From: Microbotryum violaceum
Taxonomy: Eukaryota
NCBI GenBank assembly: GCA_001244265.2
Contig: CDLV01000015.1
Coordinates: 372,001-436,000, forward strand
Length of the DNA stretch: 64,000 nt
Direction of reading: 5' to 3'
Below, one piece after another: positions 51,782-64,000 of this stretch. The notes beneath the pieces were generated by a model. That model was given only the letters and a program-made list of their open reading frames with translations, ran no database searches and was not told the DNA's origin. The position numbers and the translations under genes were made by a program. The first letter of the stretch is position 1. Each line of letters opens with the position of its first letter.

Positions 51782-53915
51782 ATGCCCCCCAAGAGTGCGT
51801 GCCCGGTCGCTCTTCGTCTGCGAGGCGCGCTCAGGACAGCCAGCTTGTCCCCGTCGTCTATCCGAGTAGTACACATGTACTGACTCGCACCATCCACCAC
51901 GCGCATGATTCGTACTCTGCAGAGGCTGCCACGGCGGAAAAGAAGGTCTGGCTCGGCCGACCTTCCAACAACTTGCAGATCGGTATCGTCGGCAAGTCCT
52001 CTCTTTCCCGTCCCTCCTCGCTCTGTCGTCAGGTGGTGGCTCAGATGGGACTCGGACTGACCACTCCCTCTGTTGTGTTACACCATTTAGGTATGCCCAA
52101 CGTTGGAAAATCGTCGCGTGCGTAGTCCTAACCGACGTGGTGGTGCAACCCTAGAGCTTGGGCGCTCGTTCTCCCCTTCTTCTGGGCCGGTCCTCTAACC
52201 AGAACCTTTGGGTACACTACAGTGTTCAACATACTCTCCAAGTGCGACTTGGGAAAGATCGCCAACTTCCCCTAGTGAGTCGCGCTCTGAGCTGCCGCAG
52301 TGGGTCGCAGAGCTGATCCGACTTTCGGCACTTCTCTTCGGACCCATTCTTCGCGTCACTACAGCGCTACCATCGAACCTGAAGAAGCTCGTGCGTAGCG
52401 AAGAAAGCAGACACCTCAGATTTTCCGAGAACCTGTCGTCAACTCAGAAACCCCTCTTCAACAGGTGTCGCCGTCCCCGACGAGCGCTTCGATTGGCTCT
52501 GCGAGGTCTACAAGCCCTCGTCCAGGGTCCCCGCTTTCCTCACCTGCGTCGATATCGCCGGTTTGACCAAAGGTGCTTCGACCGGTGCCGGTCTCGGAAA
52601 CAACTTTTTGGCCAACGTCAGGGCTGTGGACGGGATCTTCCAGGTCGTCCGTAAGTCGGACAAGTGGATGGGAGGGATAGATTCCGGGGTCGGCGGGCTG
52701 ATGTGACAATGGCCCCCATGCTTGCGTGTGAACAGGTGCTTTCGATGATGCCGAGGTCATTCACGTCGAAGGTGATGTCGACCCCATCCGTGATATGGAG
52801 ATCATCCGTGATGAGTTGAGGTGCGTCCAGCCCGGACGATGTCGGGTTCGCCCGAGCGTACAAGTCCGAGCGCTAACGATGCGAACTCGTTGCAACAGGT
52901 TGAAGGATATCGAATGGGTCGAGAAGAAGCACGATGCGCTCAAGAAGGCCCTCCGAGGTGCGACCGGTACCGCCAACTTGGCCGACAAGGCCAAGAAGGA
53001 AGAATTGGTACGCCGCCGGCCGCGGGCAATCGCACATTCCTTGCCCTCCCATTTCTGATCCAGCCTCTTCGTTTTCATAGGACTGCGTTGCGAAGGTCTT
53101 GGACGTCCTGACCGTGCAAAACAAGGACGTTCGAAAAGCAACATGGTCTAACAAGGAGATCGACATCGTCAACGACTTGCTCCTGTTGACCGCCAAGCCG
53201 GTGACGTATCTCGTGAACTTGTCGGAGAAGGACTACATCCGCAAGAAAAACAAGTGGTTGCCCAAGATCAAGGCCTGGATCGACGAGAACAATCCGGGAG
53301 ATTTGCTGATCCCCTTCTCCATCGCGCTCGAGGAACGCGTTGCTCAAGAATTTGCCGACGAGGTTGCGCAAAAGGCCGAGTTTGAGAAGTTAGGCACCCA
53401 AGGACAGTTGGGCAAGATCACAACCGCGGGTTACGCCTCGTTGCACTTGATTCGGTACTTTACTTGCGGCCCTCAGGAGGTGCGAGCGTGGACAATTCGT
53501 GAGGGGACAAAAGCGCCTCAAGCCGCAGGTGTCATTCATGGCGATTTCGAGAAGAACTTCAGTGAGTGCCGTGCTTCTCATTTATTTTCCTGGATGGGAA
53601 ACTCACCAGTTTTTGAATATAAAGTCTGTGGTGAAATTATGTCGTACGCCGACTTGAAGGAGTACGGTACAGAAGCAGCGGTCAAGGCGGTACGTTGTGC
53701 CTCCGTCTCCGTTACGACCCAATCCTAGCTTACTGATCCCTTCTTTTGATCCCATCTTGCGCAGGCCGGTAAGATGATGCAAAAGGGCAAGCCGTACGAG
53801 ATCCTCGACGGTGATATCTGCCAGTAAGTTTTCCTGAAGGGTGGGCTTCTCTGGTGGCAAATGCTAATCAGCCTCGATGTGGGTTATTATTCGTAGCTGG
53901 AAGCACAACGCTTAG
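51782..53915 (+). CDS. OLA1: Obg-like ATPase Ola1/YchF, multi-exon
   Basis: [48 protein letters not shown] and [14 protein letters not shown]. Confidence 0.95.
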
Positions 53916-54279
53916 ACGATCGTATCGCATTTGGTGTGTTCGTATTCGTTATCTCGAGTGTCTTTGCAACATCATTAAAAATCGATGCTTCGGCACCTTG
54001 AGCGAACTTCTGGAGTGGCTGTGACTTAGTGGCGTAGAGCCGGGCCCCATACGAGATCGGTACGGAAGATGCAAATTATATTCGATGCAATGAAAAGACT
54101 GTAGACGGCCTTTGACACCTCTGAGGCGGGTTCAAGTCCCAGAAGGGGTCATTCGCAGCATTGCTAATGAGGAAATCGTGTCAAGCACGTAAACCCCCTT
54201 CCCTTCCTTTTATTTGATTCAAACGGCCCAACTTTGCCCGACCAGGCCAAACCTTGCCAAACCTTGTCAAATCCCAGCC

Positions 54280-54542
54280 AGGACCCCCGAAAGCCCAGTC
54301 TGAGGCGCGTAGGTAAAATCCGCCAAAATCCCGGATTTTGGACCTCATTTGTCCACCCTTTTTTGGTGTATTCGCCCAAAAATGTCCTTAGAATGTCCAG
54401 TCCATCTACGCTCGTCCACAATAGCTCTAGAGTTGCTTCAGATGCTCTACAACATCTCCAAAAATCGCGATTTTGGCTTTTCTAGGGCCAAAACATGTCC
54501 ACTCTTTACCTACGCGCCTCTGGCTGGGCTTTCGGGGGTCCT
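54280..54542 (+). mobile_element. MITE copy 1 (~38-bp TIRs, 8-bp TSD with one mismatch)
   Basis: TIR AGGACCCCCGAAAGCCCAG.CTGAGGCGCGTAGGTAAA at both ends; flanks TCCCAGCC / CCCCAGCC. Confidence 0.9.
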
Positions 54543-54720
54543 CCCCAGCCTCCGTCTGGCAGCTATTTGCCGCGCTCTCACTGCAGGACTGCTCTCGGAG
54601 CTCGGAAGCTTACCATACCCTCGCCATCTCGTGATGACGCAATACGACGTACGCAACGACGTTCTTGGAGATTTCCCGGCTTTCGTCCCCAAGAACCCAC
54701 GTTTGAGCGCGCCCTCAACA

Positions 54721-54985
54721 AGGACCCCCGAAAGCCCAGCCTGAGGCGCGTAGGTAAAGCGTGGACAAAATTTTGGCCCTAGAAAAGCCAAAATCGCGAT
54801 TTTTGGTGATGTTGTAGAGCATCTGAAGCAATTCTAGAGCTGTTGTTGGACGAGCGTAGATGGACTGGACATTCTAAGGACATTTTTGGGCGAATACACC
54901 AAAAAAGGGTGGACAAATGAGGTCTAAAATCCGGGATTTTGGCCGATTTTACCTACGCGCCTCAGGCTGGGCTTTCATGGGTCCT
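54721..54985 (-). mobile_element. MITE copy 2, inverted relative to copy 1 (exact 8-bp TSD CCTCAACA)
   Basis: Reverse complement aligns to 54280-54542 with roughly 14 differences; TSD at 54713-54720 and 54986-54993. Confidence 0.92.
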
Positions 54986-55420
54986 CCTCAACAGGCAGGC
55001 GCTTGATCGCTCGTCGAGCGTCTCGTGTCGGCCAAGTAATACGACGAACAATCTTCGACTGAACGACGTTTGTGCCGAGCTCTATTGATGAACATAATAT
55101 ATAATAAATGGCTTTGGTTTGGGCTTGGGGGCGAATTCCCTCACGACATGGCCCCGCGAAGAAACCGGCGACCTAACCGGCGCAGATTGCGCCGCCGCGA
55201 GCGAGGCCGAGAAGGGAGGGGAATACAGGGGGTTGAAGGGAGAGCTCGCCCCCCAGCCCAAACCAAGCGAGTTCATAAGTGATTTCGATATCCCACATTT
55301 CACAATGAAGATCACTGCGACCATGAAGCGGCGGAACGTATTAGGGGACGGGCGGAGACACGGTCAACGCGAAGAGACCCGAGCTGAGCGTAGAGGAGCG
55401 CAGGATGAGCAGGAGGCAAG

Positions 55421-58400
55421 TCACAAATCGCCCTCCGCACTTGCGAGCTCGTCAAACGCAATCTCAAACTCCTCTAATTGATCGTAGGCTTGAACCAAAA
55501 GTGCACCTCCCGGCGTGCTGAGCTGAGAAACATCGCCTGACATTGCGCGGGCCGCGATGAGATTGACTTGGCGCCAGTACCGTTTGAATGAGTTGCTCTT
55601 CCAGCGACCAATAACTTTCACTGTTTCCGGTGGAATCCCCTCGAGAAGGTAGAGGGTGGCGCCACCGATACGGAAGGAGCGACCGGATACGGGCGGACGA
55701 TCCGCTGCCTTCAAGGGTTTGATTCACACGCGAGAGGAACCGGGATCGAGTTAACGGAACCCATCGTCCCTTAGATTGGTAGGAGAAAAGCGGTTGATTT
55801 TGCGGAGGGATCGTTTGCAGGTGCAACGAAAGCAGGTTATAGGGGCAGGGACCTTTCCCCGATTGCGGTACGATGGTGATGAAGTCACCTTGATGACGTT
55901 GTACCTTGTCGAACGGTAGGTGAAGCTCGAATCGAGACCCCACACGGAGAGCAGAGATCGAGGGATACATCCTGACGATGAAACCAGGGTACTCAACGGA
56001 AAAGCAGGGAGAGTCACCAGAGTAAGCTGAGAACACACACAGCACGAAGCAACAAGGAGGAAAGAAAAACGGAGAAACCCAGAACAAAGAGCAACAACCC
56101 GTGAGAGCTCCGAGTCCATACGAGGACGGCCAGCGGAGTCTGAGGAGGCTAAAACGTGAAGTGCGGTATGGGCCGATAGCCTGCAATCGCACGCTGCATC
56201 GGATGCTCCAGATCAAAGTCGAAAGGAAGAAGATGAGAGGGAAGTAAAATGTTTCAAGAGACAATGTCCGCAGGGTTAGATGCGGTATGGAGATAGTCGA
56301 CGACGAAAGACACATCATGAGTTGCCTCGAGTTGGCGTAAGTACTCGAACGATTTATTGATCCAACGATTCGTCGACCTCCCTTTCCTCCAACTATGCCT
56401 GTGCTGTCGCAACGAATCGAAAGCCTATCATGACAAAAATTGAGTGCGGTGAGCGCTCTCGACGGCCCAGGTTTCCGCGACGGTGATGTGCGCATCCCGA
56501 AGTTCTTCCCAGTTCGACGGCAACGGGAAAACGCTCGTACGCAAATCGATGACGATACCAAGGGCTATTTCACTGGCATCGGAGGAAGCGTCGACATGGG
56601 TGGAGGGCGGTTTCAGTGCGAAGCAATACACGAGGTTGTTTGCGTCCCCGAGAAACTCCTTCCATTCGGAAAGCTCCTGCCGGACATTGTGGAGCGCCCG
56701 AACTTTGGTGCATGTGTTTGGGAAACAAGTGAAACGATGGGTCCAGTCGAAACCTTTGTCGGGCGCGAGCTTTCAACCCAAATCCGAAATCGCTTCTTCA
56801 CTCCCCTGTCGAGGGACAGCGGCATCTGGGCAAAATACGACGACGTCGTCCACCTGTTTGAAGATCGTGATCGAGGGGAAACGTAACTCGAGGAGGTCTT
56901 GGGTTACGTCCGCTAGGTTGCCGAACACCCCCGGAGTGGTTCGACCGCCAAAACAGGGGACTCGACGAATGTAGATTCGACCCTCCCAGCAGATCGTCAT
57001 GTGCAGCCGTTGCGACGGCAGGAGGGAAACTTGGTCGAAAGCATCCGCAAAGTCGAAACCAAAATAGATCTCGGTGAGCATCGTACGCCGCGGGTACGAC
57101 ATGTTTTCGATCACGCGGTGTTTCGGGGGTTAACCGGATTCGCGTCGTTTTCCGGTCACCGACAACGGATTAAAGCGGAAAGAGCCGACTTGAGGGCGGA
57201 GCCAGTCATAGTCAAAGGGTCCCGCGATGCGACCGTCGCGTAGGAGACGGAGAAGTTCCTTGGCCGCTGCCTCACGAGATGCGTCATCATCGTTCGAAAT
57301 GTGGTTGTTCGGAGTAAACGGCTCCCTCGGAAGGTGACGGAGGCCAAAGTCGAAACCCTCGCGGATTTGGGTCGGGATCGAATCGACTTACTCAAAGGGA
57401 GTGTTGCCGCGGTGTACGCGAAGGGAAGGCAGCCCACGGCCGATTGCCAACGATCAGGGTTGAGGGGGTAACGACCTCGGTCAACGCCGCAAGTAAATTC
57501 GTGATGGAAGGAAGAGCGGAAAGCTTATCCACAGCCGACCTAGGGGCTCGCGCCGATGAAGGAGCATCTGAACGCATATGTACAGGAAGAGCTGTGTCCG
57601 GTTGAAAAGGGTCCGTAGGAGATATGTACGATGAGGGAGTGTCTGTAGAGGTGACGTCCGTTGAAATCGCGAGCAAAGGCGGAGAGAATGAGGGGATCGT
57701 TTGTTGGGGTCGAAGAGGGGGGTTCGAGAAGGCGACCACTTCATAGGAGACAGCGACCACGTTATAAGAGAAAAATACCGCATTCGAGGACGGATGCGGC
57801 CGTATGAAAGTCGTAAAGGTTGAATATGGTCGTATGATGTGGCCGTAATAGGATATAAGAAAACGGAATATGACCGTACGGAGTATGACTGTATTATTAT
57901 TAATAGAGGTAATGTCGATTATGGTCGTATGATGGAAGTAAAGCCGAATATGGCCATAATAATATGATATAAGAAGACGGAATATGACCCACGGAATATG
58001 ACCGTATTATAATATAGGTAATGTCGGTTATGGTCGGAAATAGAGGTCATGTCGATTATTGTCGTAAATAGAGGTGATGTCGATTATGGTCGTGTTAAAA
58101 TTAAGATTAAGATTAAGATAAAGATTAAGATTAAAATGAAGTTATGTCGATTATGGTCGTATGATAGAAGTACAGCCGAATATGGTCGTATTATGATATA
58201 ATAAAACGGAATATGACCGCCTTATGATATAAGTAATGTCGAATATGGTCGTATGAGAGAACCGAAGTCGAATATGTGGGGCGGTGGCAAAGGTGCTCGG
58301 CCGTGAACGGGTTGAAATCGGAAACGTCGATGATTGTAATGCTGTTCGGTGCCGTATCGCTACAAGACCTCGCCAAGTGGGTCCAGAAGTTCGCCCTCAC

Positions 58401-58942
58401 GACAATGTCGTACTCAAGTTACAGGGGCCAGCTCTTCGAGGTAGCGCGCATCGCGACTCGGGAGATGTGTAGTAGGAACGCCAGCTTCACCTTGATGCTG
58501 GCTCTAAGCGTGAACAGACTCATCGGGATCGCTTCTGGTCTGGTCGCGTTGGACGCGATGTCAAACAACTCCGACGAGACGGTGATTGGCGAGTCCGTGT
58601 AGGCCGAAACCAACTGGCACGAGAGTGGAACGTAGTGACGTTGTAGGAACTGAAAGACTTCTTGTGGGAGTCCGAAGCCCCCGCCTGGAAACTCCTGTAG
58701 AGTTCGCGACCGAATGAGGCTACTAAGTCCTGCGAGGCCGCCCCAGCACCAACGCGTTCGCACCAGCATCAGCGGCACCAAGACCGCTACTACTGGCATC
58801 AGCACCACCAGTACCAGCACCAACCGGATTCAGCACTCATCGCTCCGCAAGCACCACCAGCACCACCAACACCAGCAGCACCACCAGCATCACCGGGGGG
58901 TGGGGCGAGGATCTCGCCGCCTCCGGGATTGATGTCCGACAT
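55421..58942 (-). mobile_element. Degenerate tyrosine-recombinase retrotransposon (DIRS/Ngaro type)
   Basis: Order on minus strand: gag-like ([12 protein letters not shown]), RT (DFADAFDQV, CFGGRTTPGVF, QVDD), RNase H (SDAS, ITVAETWAVE), YR (GRSFRIGGAT...VKVIGRWKSNSFKRY); frameshifts and stops. Confidence 0.88.
57795..58276. repeat. AT-rich degenerate tandem repeat (ATATGGTCGTA/ATATGACCG, ATGTCGATTATGGTCG) with a (TTAAGA)n run
   Basis: Recurrent motifs seen directly; TTAAGA run near 58101-58135. Confidence 0.85.
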
Positions 58943-59174
58943 GGGTATGGAGATCGCCGCAAGCGGGACACTTGTTCGTGTTGAAACGAAAGTGTGGGGA
59001 GAAGCGGTTTGTTGGCGTGGAAAAGCGTGGAAAGCAAAAAATTATGGAGTTTCGAGCGAGCAACAGGCGATGTTGCGAGCGAGAATAGTTGGTTCTAGTA
59101 AGAGGGAGTGAGTCACACCGCACTCGCCTTTCGACTCGCTCGGCGCGCCCGTTGGTCGCTTTTGGCAACCGGCC

Positions 59175-59828
59175 ATCAGCCACCCACAGTATTACAGTAT
59201 TAGAGGCGCATACGCACTTCTACCAGCTTCTACCCCGCTCCCACCGATCCGACTACGCACGTCATCACGCGTTCCCCTGGGTGTGGGTCCTGCTGTGGGA
59301 GCCTCCACAGCCCTCCACAACCGATGGAGCGTACGTATTCGGACATGCAGTTGCAATGGTACGACCTGACGAAGGGCGAGATACGTGTCTTTGTAGCGCT
59401 CGTAGGCCAGTCATCGCTTTTTCAGCTCGCCCGAATCCTGACCTGAATGTTCGGCCCCGGGCACTTCGACCCCGAGCGCTTGATCGTTCAAGAGCTGGTC
59501 CAGTTCTGTGTCGACCAACCGGGGTCTCTTGTCCGTTCGGATGACGAACACGGTCAGAGAGTTGACACAGAACTGGACTAGCTTTTGGACGAACGACCAA
59601 GCGCTCGGGGCCGACGTGCTCAGGGCCGAATACTCAAGCCATGCGATCGGGATTTGGGCGAGCAGAAAGAGCGATGACTGGCCTACGAGCGCTACAGAGA
59701 CACGTATCTCGCCGAATACGTACGCTCCATCGGTTGTGGAAGGCTGTGGAGGCCCCCCGACCCAGGGAAGCGCGTGGTGGGATCGGGGTAGAAGTACGTA
59801 TCCGCCTCTGATAATGTGGGTTGCTGAG
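59175..59828. repeat. Long imperfect fold-back inverted repeat
   Basis: Blocks such as CCACAACCGATGGAGCGTACGTATTCGG and TGTAGCGCTCGTAGGCCAGTCATCGCT recur as reverse complements at 59670-59750; centre near 59540. Confidence 0.88.
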
Positions 59829-60399
59829 GGCTGTTGAGGGCGTGCTCGGACATGGGTATTTAAGGACGAAGAGCCGCGATGATCTCCAAGAACGTCGTTG
59901 CTTCGGTATGTGTAGCCGCCAGTGCGCTCACCACCTCACAACTTCTTGTCAAGGATAGTTGGTTTCACCGTCCTCATCCGATTACAACATTTAAGTTGGT
60001 TCTTGGGATTGAGCCAACGTGCCTTCATTTGGCCCTTTGGTGTCTTTTCCCAGCTCTAATTGTCTTCTTAGTCCCTCTATTATTGCAGCGCTTCACCAGT
60101 TAGCGTTCCATGGGTGTACCTCTTAGTTTCTGACCACTCTGTTCTCGTCGCTGTCCACTGGACTGAGTCGTGGTCAACATCAGGTCAGCTCCTTTGGAAT
60201 TTTACTGCTCCGTTCTCGTCCCTGTTCACTGGACTGAGTCGTGGTCATCATCAGACAACAATCTGTAGAACTTCACCACCGCAGACAGGATCCGGGAAAG
60301 CTCAGCCCAGCACAGGTGGGCCGTCATGTAAGGCAGCTGTGTCTAACGCAACTAATGTGGCACCCAGTCTTCGAATTGCATCAATTCAAATTCCTTTAC

Positions 60400-62900
60400 T
60401 TTTGGATCACGTGTTAGGATGCCGCGCGCTTTTCACTTCACTCCATCGCTGAACCAAATTCAGAGTGTTTCGCGTTTTCCCAGACATGGTCCCGAGGGCC
60501 GAGGAGAGGAACGAGTCGAGGGCACTCGGACTTGATGGCGATGGCAAGCCCAAGCTTGTGCGTTCGTTTGACCATATAATGTCTGAATAAGTCATATCAC
60601 GAGGATGTCGAAGCCGCACAACACCGCCAAATTTTTGGAACGGTTGCGGGCAAGCCTACTCGTTCATCACCCGAGCTCGCTCGGCCGTCCAACCTCACAT
60701 CTGGAGCTCTGGGGGCTCGAGGAGCACAAAGTGTTTTTTTTTTCATCCAATACATCAAATATTCGGTCCAGCTGCGTCGAATCTCACGGGGAGGGATGCG
60801 ATGAAAGACAGCTGGAGCGATCGACTGCGCACCCTTCTTGGGCGAGGCGATGGCGCTGCAAGAATTAAACGCGCGTCGCTGGTCATACATCATAGCGCGC
60901 TGGCTCATTACATGGCATTACAGGCACATCGCACCGAACTGACGACCCCAACCTAGATCAAGCTGGCCGCCACCAGCGCGGCGCGACTTGCAAGTCGTTC
61001 AGTTCTCGATTCAGGTACTCGACGCCACACCTTTGAAAAATCTCGAAGGCCTCTCTTTAGATTGATGAGTGGCCTTAGCCTGATCTTCAGCAGTCGACTC
61101 TCCTGACCACTCGCACGAGTCGTAGCGGAATAGTGGTTCGAGTTGCAACAAGACGGAGGACAACATTGGTGTAGGAGTTGTTAAACAAATACCTCAAGCG
61201 GTGAAAACCCAGCCTTCTGGGGAAAACCGCAAGAGATTGATCTGGAAGAGAGTCCGAACTTCTTGGTGATACACAGGGATGGTGCGCAGGATCACAATTG
61301 GGAGCTTTGCGACCCAAGCTTCTGGATGTCATTCGGCTGCAACTGATGATGGAGCAAGTCCACTGATTGTCTCAGCATACCTTTGCGACAAAGGCAAGAC
61401 ACTATATAAAGACAGTTGGGGCGCGGTTGGTGCAAAGGACGGCAAAGGGTCTGCTGAGAGAGATGCGATTTAGCTCGTTGCCCAACAAGGGCCCGGAGCA
61501 AAATGCCCCCACAAACAATTTGCAGGGATCCAAGTGCAAAGTACACCGTGCAACAAGCTTGGGTGTATCGAAGCACTTACCCCGAGCTACTCTAAGCGAG
61601 CCACGTCGAGGGTTTCATAACGAGCTGCTAGCAGCTGTGAACGTCCGGCAAGATGGAACTCTCGATCAGCGACCTCGTCAGCTGGGAGGTAGTCTTGGGA
61701 GTGAGGAACGCACCTGTCCCTACAGGTGGTGAACGCAGCCGCAGAAGCTGGTAAGAAAACATCGACAACGCAGTGAAGGCCCGAAAAGGAACGTGCGTTG
61801 CGAGTACCGCCCGTGAGCCCGCGTGTGGGAAGCACAGCTATAGCATCCACGGGGGGGGGGGGGGGACGTCGACAACGCAGTGAAGGCCCGAAAGGGAACG
61901 TGCGTTGCGAGTACCGCCCGTGAGCCCGCGTGTGTGGGAAGCACAGCAATAGCATCCACGGGGGAGAAAGGGTCAGTGCGCGCGAGCCTGAATCGGCGCG
62001 TCAAATCCTTGCAGCAAAAGCCGAAAAGACCATGGTCTAGGCGGTGGCGGTCCCACAGCACCGAACGGTGGAAGGCTTCAATGCTGGCGCAATCAGCCTT
62101 ACGCTACTCTCGTCTTGAGCGCCTCAGACTTATCCTTGTCCTCGATCGGGCGGCCACCGTAGCCCAGAACGAGTCCTTCGCCGTCCTCTTTAGAAGCTCG
62201 GTACGTCCCGTGATAGGCAGGGACTCGGAGTAAAGCGCGGACATTGCTCGGCAGTCGAGGGAAGACGTATACGTAGAACAACGCTTCACAGACCCCTTGG
62301 GGGACCTCTACGCCCCGGAATTTCTTGAGTACCACGGGGTGGTCTGTTGGGATCCCGATTCATCACCCGCATCAACCAACGGAACTTGGGCGACCACACT
62401 TGCGCGCTCGTCACCGAGATCGTTTTTGCCTGCGTCCTTGGTACCGGAGTGGTCCATACGCGACATCCTGGCCATCTACAGGTCGACGCGTTAACAACTC
62501 TGGACGCAGGCAGACACGATCTCGGTGACGAGCGCCCCGAGTTATGCAGCCAATCTATCGGGATCCTGCACAGGAGAAACGAGGAGGAGCCAACCACTGC
62601 AGGCCAACATGGGCGTAGACGTTGATGGCTCCTAGTCGTGTGCCATGCCACATCAGGAACGCGTTGGAGTCGGTCAATGTGAACATAATCGCAACAAGGC
62701 AGGGTGATGGTATGGAGATAGATGATCTTTCCGATTCGTGTATGCTGACGGTAGGGATTGCTTGGGCAGGTGTGGGCAGTTGTTCAAGTAGAGCGCACCG
62801 AGTACGCGTCAGGCCATGGCCCGCCCCGATCCGACGCGCCCTGACGTCACTGACGTACTGACGACTGACTTCCTGACGCGCCAGTGAAAATGAGCGGCAA
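60400..62900 (-). pseudogene. Highly decayed non-LTR (LINE) ORF2 relic: APE endonuclease and RT fragments
   Basis: Remnants SLARQE and AINVYA (APE-like), QDYLP and RRLGF...PLRLVRVVRRVDC (resembling YRP and RGVRQGD of RT); many stops; ends approximate. Confidence 0.5.
61762..61965 (+). repeat. Tandem ~105-bp duplication with a G15 tract at the end of the first copy
   Basis: TCGACAACGCAGTGAAGGCCCGAAA...AGCATCCACGGGGG occurs at 61762 and 61869. Confidence 0.92.
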
Positions 62901-63207
62901 GGGTTGGCACTGGCTATACCAGTCGAGTAGCCCGCCGCCAAATGTTACTCGTTTTCAAGAGCTGCGAGAGACCAAATCAGGCCTGAAATACCAACTTGAC
63001 GATACTATTGCCACGTTTAGGCGAGAGGAGAGGCAGTTATTGTTCTGTAGGCCACCTGACGCAAGCTATCGGTCGAGAAGTGGTTCCAGGCTGCAGCAGC
63101 CTAAGCAGCCGTCGGACACAAATTACAAATTACAAATTAGCGCGAGGTCGCCGTGTGGGGCGGGCCCACGCCGATTTGGCCGACTTGAAAAATGAAACTC
63201 CTATTGG

Positions 63208-64000
63208 ATGGACAACAACAACAACACCAACAACGCCAGCCATGCTGTTATACCACCTCTTCGCCCTGACCCTCCCGATCCTCCCGGCTAAGCCCCCGCC
63301 ACCACCACCAAATCATACTCCGCCGCGGTCGGCGCCCGCTCCGCTGCGAAGCACGGAAACGCCACCGCCAACGCCTCGACTGCCGTCGCCGCCCATCCAC
63401 TGATGCACAACATCGAGAATTGTGTCATCATCAACACCCCACCCTCAACCTCGGTCGAGCAAGTCCTCCTCGCGCTTGACAAATACTACCCTGGCCTTAC
63501 CGGCGCAATGCCATGCGTCATCAAGGGTCAGCGCGGCCTCCGCTTTCCCAAGGCCGCCGATCTCGACACCCTGGTGGCCAACGGCCTCATTGTTGGCAAG
63601 ACTCTGTGCAAAGTCGAGAAGCTGTACAGCTCTACTAGAGGAGGTGTTGTACAATGCACCCTTACGGGCTTTTTCTCCGACCCCGAGGGCCTCTGCCTAT
63701 TCGATGAGCAGATCGCTGCCTATGGCACGGTCCTCCGTCGTCGCATCCAATACATTGGAAAGACGAAACACATCTCTGGGGTGTACGACTTTATCCTTGC
63801 CCTTAAGGATGTAGATGTTTTGCTCCCTGCCTCACTTTCTATTGCTCGTGACGGTGTCACTGAGCGAATCCCACTGAGGATCACCGGTGGCATGCGCCAC
63901 TGCGTCTTCTGCCGTTCCGCGGCTCACGTCCGTAAGGTTTGCCCCGTCGCCCCGGCGTGCAAGTCCTGCGCGAGCACCTCGCACGCCACCCAGCACTGCC
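63208..64000 (+). mobile_element. LINE ORF1 (gag-like) with two CCHC zinc knuckles, running off the window; in-frame TAA at 63289
   Basis: PDPPDPPG*, KSYSAAV, CVFCRSAAHVRKVC and CKSCASTSHATQHC. Confidence 0.78.

Noticed and set aside
57795-58276. Possible CRISPR array or telomeric repeat
   Set aside because: Repeats are degenerate with no unique spacers, the context is eukaryotic with no cas genes, and TTAAGA is not TTAGGG and is internal
61762-61965. Tandem hammerhead ribozymes suggested by GGCCCGAAA
   Set aside because: No CTGA-N-GA core found; better explained as a local duplication next to a G homopolymer

Overview
Eukaryotic, GC-rich, intron-dense fungal DNA. GTGAGT/GTACGT donors, CTGAC branch points and the gene content suggest a basidiomycete, probably a Pucciniomycotina/Microbotryomycetes-type yeast (inference). 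Bases 1 to ~54,000 are gene-dense: HSBP1, cyanase, an MFS transporter, GEP4, a sugar porter, a TopBP1/Rad4-like BRCT protein, DBP2, LAS1, MED19, TANGO2, a DCAF-like WD40 protein, CreA/Mig1, two cation/H+ antiporters, a DUF3605 protein, ARL8, OLA1 and several hypothetical proteins. From ~54,000 to the end is a block of transposon debris: two inverted MITE copies, a degenerate tyrosine-recombinase retroelement with an internal satellite, a fold-back repeat and two LINE relics. The most striking object is a Ty1/copia element (21426-23488) in an intron of a Cys-rich gene. Its integrase and RT are gone and replaced by a perfect 129-bp inverted duplication, making it a candidate natural hairpin-RNA (killer-type) silencer. 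Also notable is a ~310-bp inverted-repeat-bounded element upstream of DBP2 with ~10.5-bp phased TTAA/GC motifs. Gene boundaries were read by eye from splice signals, and family calls come from motif recognition, not database searches.
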